64,000 bases of DNA. Origin: an uncultured Gemmatimonadaceae bacterium (GTDB taxonomy: Bacteria; Gemmatimonadota; Gemmatimonadetes; Gemmatimonadales; Gemmatimonadaceae). Below are positions 30,645 through 38,998 of this stretch, piece after piece. The notes below the pieces were generated by a model that did no database searches, was not told the origin of the DNA, and saw nothing but the letters and a program-made list of their open reading frames with translations. The position numbers and the translations under genes are program-made. Every line of letters begins with the position of its first letter. Positions within the stretch are counted from its first letter, which is position 1. The stretch covers positions 768,001 to 832,000 of the forward strand of contig OY970320.1 in the NCBI GenBank assembly GCA_963716745.1, written 5' to 3'.

Positions 30645-31175
30645 CTAAACACCAAGCCAGACAATGTGCTCGATTCCAAGCCTCTGTCCCGCAGCTTCGA
30701 CCATGGTTCGCGCTTCAGGCCCCGCGTACCGCCCGGAAGCGCCCATGAGAACGACACCGAATGAGGTTGAGTTCTGGGCAATCCAGGCACGTTCGTAGGC
30801 AGCGAGCAGGATTGCCTTCCAGTCGTCTGCTCTGCCCCAGCAGACTACGCGTCCATCACTCAACCGGATCCCGTGAGGTTTAATGTATCGCTCGGCGATC
30901 CCTCGCGCCTCCTCGAGGCCAAGTACGCGGAGCGGCCTAGTGGCGTCAGCGAGCGTCTTTCTCGTAAAATCTTTGAGGAGAGTGTCCTTCAGGTACACGC
31001 GCACGCGGCCCCGATCCATATACCGCGCCAAGATTCCGCCTACTAGCGGATCCCGAGTCCACTCCTCGTAGTACTTGGCCTTGGAGGAGTCCGGCAGGCG
31101 CGTCCAATCGATGTCTTGGGCAATGCCCCAGAGTCGCTCTCGCACCTCCCGCTTCACTGTTGGAGTGATCCTCAC
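30645..31175 (-). CDS. Conserved-looking hypothetical protein, last gene of the MORC module
   Basis: 176-aa intact ORF, GTGA-coupled to the helicase. Confidence 0.8.
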   Translation of the reverse strand: MRITPTVKREVRERLWGIAQDIDWTRLPDSSKAKYYEEWTRDPLVGGILARYMDRGRVRVYLKDTLLKDFTRKTLADATRPLRVLGLEEARGIAERYIKPHGIRLSDGRVVCWGRADDWKAILLAAYERAWIAQNSTSFGVVLMGASGRYAGPEARTMVEAAGQRLGIEHIVWLGV

Positions 31176-32860
31176 TGCACACCGCCCGGTGGCATCGGCT
31201 TGGGGAATTCGAACTCGGGCAGTTCGAGCTTAGGGTCATCCTCGCGAAGGAACAACGACGCCTGATCGAGCATCCACTCGCGCAGGAAGGACCCGGCCGA
31301 TTGATCGCTAAAACTCACAAGTCTACTTCCGAGCCCGAGTCGCTCCACTGACTCGCCCTTTATTGACCGGTCGAGCTCGACGACCTCTGCGATGCGACTG
31401 AGGTCCGTGACGAAATCCAAGACTATTACCTTGTCTTTTCCCGGGCTTACACGCAGCCCCCTTCCGAGCTGTTGCACGAAGATCCTACGACTATGAGTCG
31501 TTCTCATGAACACAATGAGGTCGACATCTGGCACGTCGACGCCCTCATTGAATAGGTCAACGGTCACGACAATGTTTAGGTGTCCAGCTCTGAAGCGTGA
31601 CATCAGTACGTCACGCTCGCGAGCGGGAGTTTCCGACGACATCGATTCCGCCTTTACTCCATAGTGACGCAGCATGGCGGCGAAACTATTCGCGTGCTCA
31701 ATGGTTGGACTGAACACGATTCCGCCTCGTCTTCCCTCGGAATCGAAGACGCCCTTGATAATCCGAACAGCCTGTTCGTCCCTCGTGGGAAGGATGAGGC
31801 GTCGATTAAGTTGCCCCAAGGAGTATCGATTCTTCGAGGCGTCCTGTACGAACTTCCAGTCAATGTTGTCGGCAAGCAGGCGATAGTCCGTCTCAGCCAG
31901 AAAGCCGCGCTGCAGCCCCTCCGCAATACCGATACGAGCTACCGGCGGACCAAGTAGCTCATCGACGTCATACCCGTCGCCTCGCCACGGCGTCGCCGTC
32001 ACTCCTCCTCGCATCTTGGGCGCGAGCGCTTCGAGAGTCTTGCGAAATGTGGCGGCACCCGCATGATGCGCTTCGTCGATCAATACGAGGCCAAATTTCG
32101 GAACCGTGTCGAGTCGGGTCGACACACTTTGTATCGTCGCGAATGTGATACCATCCCAGAATGCCGGAGCCTCGCCTTCCGCGAGTCGGTGTGTCGGCAC
32201 CCACTTAGGCAGCTGATACCAGAATCCACGTAACAACTGATCGACAAGTTCCCGAGTGTGAGCGAGAACAAGGACGCGCCCATGCTCCACCAGGTCGTCC
32301 CGGAGAAGATCCGCGACCAATTCCGCCATCACCACCGTCTTGCCCAATCCCGTCGCCATAACCGCCTGCGCCCTCCCCGTATCAAGAAGCGCTTCGCGCA
32401 AGCGGCCCGCGACGTCGGTTTGATAGTCGAAGAGAGTCCGTCGCGACGGGGGATATTCAGGACTCTCGCTCATCAGACTTGTCAGCACTGCTGGATCGGC
32501 GACTTCAACCTTCAGACCGGTTCGCTCAAAGCGAAGTCTTTCCTCGTTAAAGGCGTCGCCAGGAGGACGCGAAGTCACGACCACCATTCGCTGAGCCCGA
32601 TAGTATCGCGCGGCCTCTACGACCTCGGACACCGCCGCGCTTGGGGGGCCCGTAGTAGTAGTATGCTTGCACTGCAATACCCATAGGTCCCCATCCTTTG
32701 CGCCGAGAACGTCGGCACCACGATCGCCGCTGCCACCGACCAGGCGCACATCATCGAAGCCGTTCGCCAACAGCAGTCGCGCAACGTCACGCTCGAAAGC
32801 CGGCCACGGACCCCTGAGCAACCGGCGTTCATCCAGAAAGCCGACCACAGCCGATTTCAC
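31172..32860 (-). CDS. Mrr-like PD-(D/E)xK nuclease fused to an SF2 (ResIII-like DEAH) helicase
   Basis: FE..VARLL..GF..GDRGADV..VLQCK; ATGLGKT, DEAHH, TATP, FNEGVDVP, QQLGRGLR. Confidence 0.92.
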   Translation of the reverse strand: MKSAVVGFLDERRLLRGPWPAFERDVARLLLANGFDDVRLVGGSGDRGADVLGAKDGDLWVLQCKHTTTTGPPSAAVSEVVEAARYYRAQRMVVVTSRPPGDAFNEERLRFERTGLKVEVADPAVLTSLMSESPEYPPSRRTLFDYQTDVAGRLREALLDTGRAQAVMATGLGKTVVMAELVADLLRDDLVEHGRVLVLAHTRELVDQLLRGFWYQLPKWVPTHRLAEGEAPAFWDGITFATIQSVSTRLDTVPKFGLVLIDEAHHAGAATFRKTLEALAPKMRGGVTATPWRGDGYDVDELLGPPVARIGIAEGLQRGFLAETDYRLLADNIDWKFVQDASKNRYSLGQLNRRLILPTRDEQAVRIIKGVFDSEGRRGGIVFSPTIEHANSFAAMLRHYGVKAESMSSETPARERDVLMSRFRAGHLNIVVTVDLFNEGVDVPDVDLIVFMRTTHSRRIFVQQLGRGLRVSPGKDKVIVLDFVTDLSRIAEVVELDRSIKGESVERLGLGSRLVSFSDQSAGSFLREWMLDQASLFLREDDPKLELPEFEFPKPMPPGGVQ

Positions 32861-35226
32861 GTCTCGGTGTCCTCGGCCGGCTCCCCTGATAGCAAGTCCA
32901 ACGCCAATGCCGCCCTAAGGAGGCGCGGCCTTGATGCAGCTTCAAGCTCGGCGCTATCCTGCTCTGCCAACCAGAGGACATCGCGCATAAGCCCCACGTG
33001 ATATTCCACCGTACGAGCCCTAGCGGCCTCAGTGGCAGCGGGACGCTCATAGTCAATGCTGGAATACGGCGCATCCCAATACCGACCATCGAAGAACAGT
33101 TCTGGATGGCGCTCAACAAAACGAAGAAGTGTCGCGCGCGGCGCGTAGTCTAGAAACCGCCCCTCAGCAATCTCCTTCTGTGAGCTCGAAACGGAACGCT
33201 CCGCCATCTTGCCAAATACGGCTTCCTGTTCGATCGGAGTGAGTTCGTTGAAGAGCGCACGCCCGTCTCCGGCCGCCGAGGAGGACTGCCCAACGCTGCG
33301 TGCAATCGCGCCAAGAAGCATCGAGGCCTCACCCGAGAGTGCAACATGGTCGAGTTTCTCGGTACCGGCATACTCGTCCCGCAACCCAGCCAAGACCGAA
33401 GCGAACGTGGCTGTTGTCTGGCGGTTCCTGAGAAAGTCCATTGCGGAATGCGCAAATTCTGCCAGCAAAGCATCAAGCGGCGTCAACGTTGCCGATCGAA
33501 ATGCGCCGTGCCCTGGATTCACAAAGAACTCATGAATGCCGGCCGGAGTCGCCTTAATGACCCACGGCACCGCTGTGGTACCAAGAACGGGGTCATCGGC
33601 CTGAACTCCATACGCCTTAGTCTCCCACCTCTGCCCGGAGGAGCTATCTCTGTACTCTCGGCTCAGCGACGGGATCGCAGTTCTTGGGGGCGGTGGCGGG
33701 CCGGCGGCGGGTGGCGGTACGGGGGCAGCGCCCGGAGGCGCGGTCGGTTTGCCGCCAAATCCCGGAATTGTTCCTCCGCCAGAATCGCCGCCAGTTGGCG
33801 GCGTTGACTTTGGAACGAGGAGCTCGCGATCGGCCTCCATCACAAGATCCCACCATTTCCGGTCCGTTTGAAATTCCGCCTCGCCCGCATAGAAACGCTT
33901 GGCCATTCGCGCCGCGTCATCGTTATCTCTAACGATCATCAACTTCTCATACGCACCCGCAACCTTGGACTTTGGACTATTCCGACGGAACACCTGGAAG
34001 AGGAGAAACAGCGGCGCGTCATTTTGGGGGAAGCCAAGCTCGGCAGCACGGTCCGGACGCAGCGGTCCCGCGCCGCGCACGAGGTGAACCATCTCCTCCC
34101 ACGCCGGATCGTTCCGATCAAATCGGTCCTTCGTGTAAGTCACTCGGCAGTGATCAATGTGAATCTCTCCCACCAGCCGGCCTCGACCGCGGGGATCGTC
34201 AACTGGATACTCAGGTTCGACTGAACCGCCAGCATCCCAAAAGAAGAGATCCTTGTTGGCAGACTCGATCTTTCGCCCGTTGCGTATGAAGTCAATGCCG
34301 TAGTCTACATCGCTCACGTAACGCTGCAGCCCAACCCATCCATAAACACGGCGCTGCCTGGCAACGACATTATCCGCCGAGTCGCAGGCTGGACACGTCG
34401 TCGCATCCGAAGGCAGCCACTGCCAACACTTCACGCAAAAGGATCTTGTCGGCAGCTCAACGTTGAGGGACTGATACGCCGATACGGTTCCAAACCTGGC
34501 AGTCAGGACCTCGCGGACGGGGTTCCCTTCGCCGCCCCAAATGCAATGGCTTCTTCCCCGCAGCGCCGTGCCATTTAGCAACAGGCGGAAGGAAATGGGG
34601 ACACCGTTCGGCCGGAGCATCGCCGCATACATGCTCTCAAACTCTCGAACAAGTCGCGATCGATTAGCGGTCTTCCCTAGCCATTGTCGCTGCTCTGGTT
34701 TCAATCGCTCGATCGTAAGCTCCGTACCCTGCTCAAGAGCATCGGCCTTCGGGCGCGTCAATCTCGGTGTTCGAAAGTGACGTTGTTGCACCAACTTGTC
34801 GAAGTCGATTTCCAACCCGCACCACTCGGTATCACCTCTCCGCGTGGTCCAAACCTGAGTCACACTTCCCAGACGAGCCGTAGCAATATTGAACCCCATC
34901 CCGAACATTCCGAGGTTGTTTATCGGGTCATTGCTCGTCCAGCCGGCCCGTACGGCCTTCTCGAGCGTTGCGACGTCCATGCCAGGCCCGTTATCCCTGA
35001 CCGCCACGCGTCCCCTGGCCGAGTCGGCTGTCGGCACAGTGATGTGAATCTCCGGCTCAGGAACCGGATGACCCGATCGCTTCGCCGAAAGGAAGGCGTC
35101 GACCGAGTTGTCGATGAATTCCGCCAGGCAACGCCACTGAGGAAGTGTGATCTCCCCAAGCATAGGCAGGATGCGAGGGTCCGGCTGCAGATCGAACTCG
35201 GTGGCAGCTGCGCGAGGTCCCGTCAT
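32857..35226 (-). CDS. MORC-like GHKL ATPase with Zn ribbon and long C-terminal domain
   Basis: EFIDNSVDA, DNGPGM, GMFGMGF, GTELTI; CVKC..CPAC; S5-like RNGRKI..GRLVGEIHID; Pro-rich linker. Confidence 0.9.
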   Translation of the reverse strand: MTGPRAAATEFDLQPDPRILPMLGEITLPQWRCLAEFIDNSVDAFLSAKRSGHPVPEPEIHITVPTADSARGRVAVRDNGPGMDVATLEKAVRAGWTSNDPINNLGMFGMGFNIATARLGSVTQVWTTRRGDTEWCGLEIDFDKLVQQRHFRTPRLTRPKADALEQGTELTIERLKPEQRQWLGKTANRSRLVREFESMYAAMLRPNGVPISFRLLLNGTALRGRSHCIWGGEGNPVREVLTARFGTVSAYQSLNVELPTRSFCVKCWQWLPSDATTCPACDSADNVVARQRRVYGWVGLQRYVSDVDYGIDFIRNGRKIESANKDLFFWDAGGSVEPEYPVDDPRGRGRLVGEIHIDHCRVTYTKDRFDRNDPAWEEMVHLVRGAGPLRPDRAAELGFPQNDAPLFLLFQVFRRNSPKSKVAGAYEKLMIVRDNDDAARMAKRFYAGEAEFQTDRKWWDLVMEADRELLVPKSTPPTGGDSGGGTIPGFGGKPTAPPGAAPVPPPAAGPPPPPRTAIPSLSREYRDSSSGQRWETKAYGVQADDPVLGTTAVPWVIKATPAGIHEFFVNPGHGAFRSATLTPLDALLAEFAHSAMDFLRNRQTTATFASVLAGLRDEYAGTEKLDHVALSGEASMLLGAIARSVGQSSSAAGDGRALFNELTPIEQEAVFGKMAERSVSSSQKEIAEGRFLDYAPRATLLRFVERHPELFFDGRYWDAPYSSIDYERPAATEAARARTVEYHVGLMRDVLWLAEQDSAELEAASRPRLLRAALALDLLSGEPAEDTET

Positions 35227-35266
35227 TCTCCCTATCCCTTTGCAGAATGTAAGAGGCGCGTCCTTC

Positions 35267-35734
35267 TCATCTCATTCCTCTCTCGAGTGCCGCGAGTCCC
35301 TTCTCCAATTCAGCGAGCAGCGCCAGGTTTAGCCGCAGGCCCTTCCGCGTCGGAGCGCGATCGTCCGAGTCCCCGGGTGCGAAATAGAGTCGGATATCGG
35401 CCTTCGCGGCGCCTTGCCAAAGTGCAATTCCGAATCTGATCTCCCGGCCGCCACTAAGCGGGATCTTGGCCACCGTGCACTCGCGATCGGTGCCCGCACT
35501 GCGCAGTTCCTGAATCGCGTCAATCGCGTCGGATATCCTCTCGATCGGTAGCGAAACTCCCTTGGGCGTTGCAACAAAGACATTCTCTCGCGTCAGCACA
35601 AATTCGCGGACATGCAAGAAGCACCTGCCTTGGTAGGCCTGAGACAAGACCCGTACTTCGAGCGCGGGCGTTATCAGGATTCTCGCCGCGAGGGTGTCGC
35701 AGCTCCGGTCGGTAGGACGATTTGACGTCATCAA
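35267..35734 (-). CDS. Tandem PC4/YdbC-like ssDNA-binding protein
   Basis: Two repeats: EVRV..YQGRCFLHVREF...TPKGVSL and EIRF..WQGAAKADIRLYF...PTRKGLRL. Confidence 0.8.
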   Translation of the reverse strand: MMTSNRPTDRSCDTLAARILITPALEVRVLSQAYQGRCFLHVREFVLTRENVFVATPKGVSLPIERISDAIDAIQELRSAGTDRECTVAKIPLSGGREIRFGIALWQGAAKADIRLYFAPGDSDDRAPTRKGLRLNLALLAELEKGLAALERGMR

Positions 35735-35753
35735 CCGATTACTAAGAGCGATC

Positions 35754-36776
35754 TCATAGCTCGATCCTGGCGTGCTGCGCCACGGATCCCAGCGCCGCCT
35801 GCAGGTTCCGGAGCTTCTCGATCTTCAATGCGTGCCCCTTTTTGAGGTCTTCGACCTCGACAAGCGGTACACTGAGCAACTCCTCGGCAGCTCGATCAAT
35901 GGTCGCCCAAAAATTCGAGATTAGCGACGGATTGCGGGCTTGAAGCACCCCGAACGCCGCCTGAGCTCCGCCGCTCTCAAATGCTTCCAGTGCAGCATCA
36001 TTCTCCAAGAAATCATTTAGCCCTCTTACATCTTTCGCATCAGGAAACCTGCCGTCATGTACCCACTGACGAAAATCACGCATGAAACCTGGATTGTCCT
36101 CGCGTTTCTCGCGCAACTCCTTCTTCTTCATAAACTCTTCGAAATGTGAAAACCTGTTGATTCCGTCCGAGTCGCCAAACTCTTCCATGTATGCTTTTGT
36201 CTCTTCGTATGCTCCGATCTTCTGCGCGATCTTAGCACGCGACCATCTGAGGTGGGCAGCGAGAAAGTCGTAGGTCTTGCCGTAGAGCGAGTTCATCTTC
36301 CATACATACTCTGCCTGCTCGAATGCGCGCCATTCGATCTTGCCCGCGATATGAAGCTCTCCGATGAGCATGGTCAGTTGTTCGTCCGTTACCTCCGCCG
36401 GTAGCTTCTGAACATAGACTTCTCGCCAGCGAGGGTCATCCGGATAGCGCTTCGCCAGCTCGCGAAGACATACCGTTCGACAGTTGCCCTCCACTACCAG
36501 GCCGTCGCGCTGCACAATTGGCTCTACTATCAGCCCGCCATTTTGGTAGATCGAGTTGTAGAGGTCCTTCACCGGATCCATTTCCCAGATCAGGGTGTGC
36601 AGATCGGCATCCGTGGCGTTCAAGCTCCGCTTCCGAATGAGGTAACTCACACGTTGATTGCCGGGATCAAGCTTGAGAAAGCTGATTGGAACTCTCGCGC
36701 GCTCCAGTTGAAAGTCTCGATTTCCTAGGCGAATCGTCTGCTGACTTTCTTCTGTACGCTGGTTAGGTCCAGTCAT
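35754..36776 (-). CDS. ParB/Srx N-terminal-domain protein
   Basis: LKLDPGNQR, L.NSI..NGG..EPIV...VVEGNCRTVCL, followed by an HTH-like YDFLAAHLRWSRAKI. Confidence 0.85.
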   Translation of the reverse strand: MTGPNQRTEESQQTIRLGNRDFQLERARVPISFLKLDPGNQRVSYLIRKRSLNATDADLHTLIWEMDPVKDLYNSIYQNGGLIVEPIVQRDGLVVEGNCRTVCLRELAKRYPDDPRWREVYVQKLPAEVTDEQLTMLIGELHIAGKIEWRAFEQAEYVWKMNSLYGKTYDFLAAHLRWSRAKIAQKIGAYEETKAYMEEFGDSDGINRFSHFEEFMKKKELREKREDNPGFMRDFRQWVHDGRFPDAKDVRGLNDFLENDAALEAFESGGAQAAFGVLQARNPSLISNFWATIDRAAEELLSVPLVEVEDLKKGHALKIEKLRNLQAALGSVAQHARIEL

Positions 36777-36834
36777 GTAGTGCCTCTGTAAGAGCGGACA
36801 TGGGTGCAATAGGCGCTGAGAAGTGCTTCTAACG

Positions 36835-37095
36835 TCATGAGGCCTTCGAAGGGTAAGTCAACTCCCATACTCCTTGCGGCGACAATGACGCGGAGCGGAG
36901 GACGCCGGCTAGCCGGAGCCAATGCGCGCTCCACCGGATATCGTACTGCCATGTAAAAAATAGCTCGCGCCTCAGGCGCAGCTCGTTCTCGTTCTGTTCC
37001 CAGACTGCCTCGCAAGCTTTCCCAATCGAAGCGGAACCGCCCGACGCCTTGAGAGCACTCACCAGCGCTCGGTCAAGGAATTCCTTGTCCGACAT
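36835..37095 (-). CDS. Stand-alone Mrr_N-like winged-helix protein
   Basis: ALKASGGSA...WQYDIRWSAHWLRLAGVL...GVWELT. Confidence 0.75.
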   Translation of the reverse strand: MSDKEFLDRALVSALKASGGSASIGKACEAVWEQNENELRLRRELFFTWQYDIRWSAHWLRLAGVLRSASLSPQGVWELTYPSKAS

Positions 37096-37156
37096 TGAGG
37101 AGCCCTGATTCACTTGGAGGGAACGGCTGAACGTCGCACCAGCGGCCGCCGAATAT

Positions 37157-38218
37157 TCATGTTACGCCAATGCTGCGAAGCTCCTGCATGAAGCGCACGA
37201 ATTTGCGGAGCGCTTCCAGATCGGATGGCTCAATGCCATCCGGATCAAAATGCATTACATCATTGCGAATCTTCTGGAGACGCCGAAGCTGGCCTACGAT
37301 CACGCCCCGGTCGACCTCCACACCCAAACGACTCCACCGTTCGGCATTGTCGAGTAGCCGAACATGCTCTCCAAAGGAAAGGTCAGCCGCCTTGCCAACC
37401 TCCCTTCTCTTGTCGGCGGGATCCTTTGCCGTCGCGAGTTCCGCAGGCGTGAACTTGCCTTGAACGAGGCGACGCATGTGACTCTCGATCTCACCCAACA
37501 GCAGAAACGGTTCCGTGAGTAGCTGGAATTGCAGGCTTAGATCACTCGTCGTAATGATTCCACAAATCCTATTCGTCGAATTCCGCACGAGCACATACTG
37601 ATGCGCGATAATGCTGTCGATTGCTGCGAAGAGAGATGCTTCCGAGGAGATCTCGGTGGCGTGTTCCATGCAATCCCGCACCACCTTGCACGGCCGCCCG
37701 AGAGCGACACGACCTCCAAGTGACTCCCAGCTAATTACTCCTTTCAGCTCTCTATCGCCCTGCATCACCGGCAGTTGCGAGTAGTCGTGAGAGAGCATTA
37801 GAGTGACAGCCTCGGCCAGTGGCGTGTCCTGGTGTACCGAGAGCGGTCGATGATTGGCCGAGGGAAGTCTCTTCACTCTGTAGGTCGGATCCGTCAGAAG
37901 ACCCGAACTCGCCTCCGCGGTTGTATCGGCCTGCTCATCCGCAATCGCAACTGTGACAGGCGAGCCTTCAACCGCCAATGTCGGCGCTAAGGAGACCGGT
38001 ACGAATGAAATAACGGAGTCAATGAAGACGCCTTCGAAGTCAGGCTCCGTTCGTACTCCGACCTTGTCCAGCGCGTTTCGGATGTTTTGGACGACATAGT
38101 ACCCGCGCCGCTCGGCGCCAAACCACTCCAGAAAGCCCTTCACCGTTGTCTGCTCTGGTGACCGTCCCGCTTGAAGATCCTTCGCGATCGCCTCCAATCT
38201 CGTAGGGAAATTCGTCAC
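37157..38218 (-). CDS. CBS-pair protein with C-terminal HEPN (Swt1-like) domain
   Basis: AVTLMLSHDYSQLPV..GVISW and GIITTSDL CBS motifs; EIESHMR and RNDVMH (Rx4H). Confidence 0.85.
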   Translation of the reverse strand: MTNFPTRLEAIAKDLQAGRSPEQTTVKGFLEWFGAERRGYYVVQNIRNALDKVGVRTEPDFEGVFIDSVISFVPVSLAPTLAVEGSPVTVAIADEQADTTAEASSGLLTDPTYRVKRLPSANHRPLSVHQDTPLAEAVTLMLSHDYSQLPVMQGDRELKGVISWESLGGRVALGRPCKVVRDCMEHATEISSEASLFAAIDSIIAHQYVLVRNSTNRICGIITTSDLSLQFQLLTEPFLLLGEIESHMRRLVQGKFTPAELATAKDPADKRREVGKAADLSFGEHVRLLDNAERWSRLGVEVDRGVIVGQLRRLQKIRNDVMHFDPDGIEPSDLEALRKFVRFMQELRSIGVT

Positions 38219-38395
38219 GACATCGGCCCCTGACTCATCGATACGAGATATGCCACTGACGCTCCGGCTGAGGGCGAATCCCCCAGCTGCAACGACCCCC
38301 GAAGTTGCCTCTTGTGGAGGGTCCGATCAAGTACGCGCCTTCCGCCGGAACGCAGGCACAAGATGAATGATGCGCTGTTCGAGAATCTGGCGCCG

Positions 38396-38620
38396 CTAGC
38401 CGTCCATCAACTTGGCGAATGCAGACCATGAGAATCGTCTGCCCTGCTTCCACTTGTTCCCAAACCACTTTAGCGACCCGCGTCCAATGACCAGCGTGCC
38501 TAGCTTCTCCTCGTCCGAAAATAGATCGATATCGATCGAGGTACCGGCTTTAGACAGGCCGAGTACCTGAACGCGCGCATTGGCGGAATGCCGGCGGTGG
38601 GCCTTCTTACGCTTCGCCAC
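38396..38620 (-). CDS. Small basic hypothetical protein
   Basis: GGAGG RBS plus GTG start; 74 aa, KLGTLVIGRGSLKW. Confidence 0.65.
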   Translation of the reverse strand: MAKRKKAHRRHSANARVQVLGLSKAGTSIDIDLFSDEEKLGTLVIGRGSLKWFGNKWKQGRRFSWSAFAKLMDG

Positions 38621-38945
38621 TTGATCGCCTCCGCTTAGGCCAGATTCGGACGCCAGGCGCCAACCTTTCATATCCGTCGTCGAGCTGCGCACGGATTCGC
38701 TCAATACGGAACGTGTTCGCGGCTGACACCGTGCGGCATCTATGGATTAGCCGGCTCGGAGAAGCCCACCAGTGGATTCGAAGCGGCCGTCGAACCTCCA
38801 CCGCACCCCATTCCACCATAACCCATGACCCGCGCCGGAATACGCGGTATCCTCGCGACTCGACACCGGAAACATTACCCGCACTCGCACCTACGCGAAC
38901 GAGATAAGCCACTGGACCTCGAAGATCAGTGTGTCGAATACTCAA
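38607..38945 (-). CDS. Hypothetical protein, weakly WGR-like
   Basis: VMVEWG...QLDDGYE pattern; short overlap with the next gene. Confidence 0.5.
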   Translation of the reverse strand: MSIRHTDLRGPVAYLVRVGASAGNVSGVESRGYRVFRRGSWVMVEWGAVEVRRPLRIHWWASPSRLIHRCRTVSAANTFRIERIRAQLDDGYERLAPGVRIWPKRRRSSGEA

Positions 38946-38998
38946 AAGCGTAAAGCGCTTCTGGTGCTGCGCTTGCCGGGCCGACTAGTTCGCCCTTC

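Larger units (their letters stand above)
26900..38950. mobile_element. Defence island (no integrase in the window)
   Basis: Visibly more A/T-rich codon usage, no family A/B repeats, restriction/defence gene content, truncated gene at the left edge. Confidence 0.7.
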
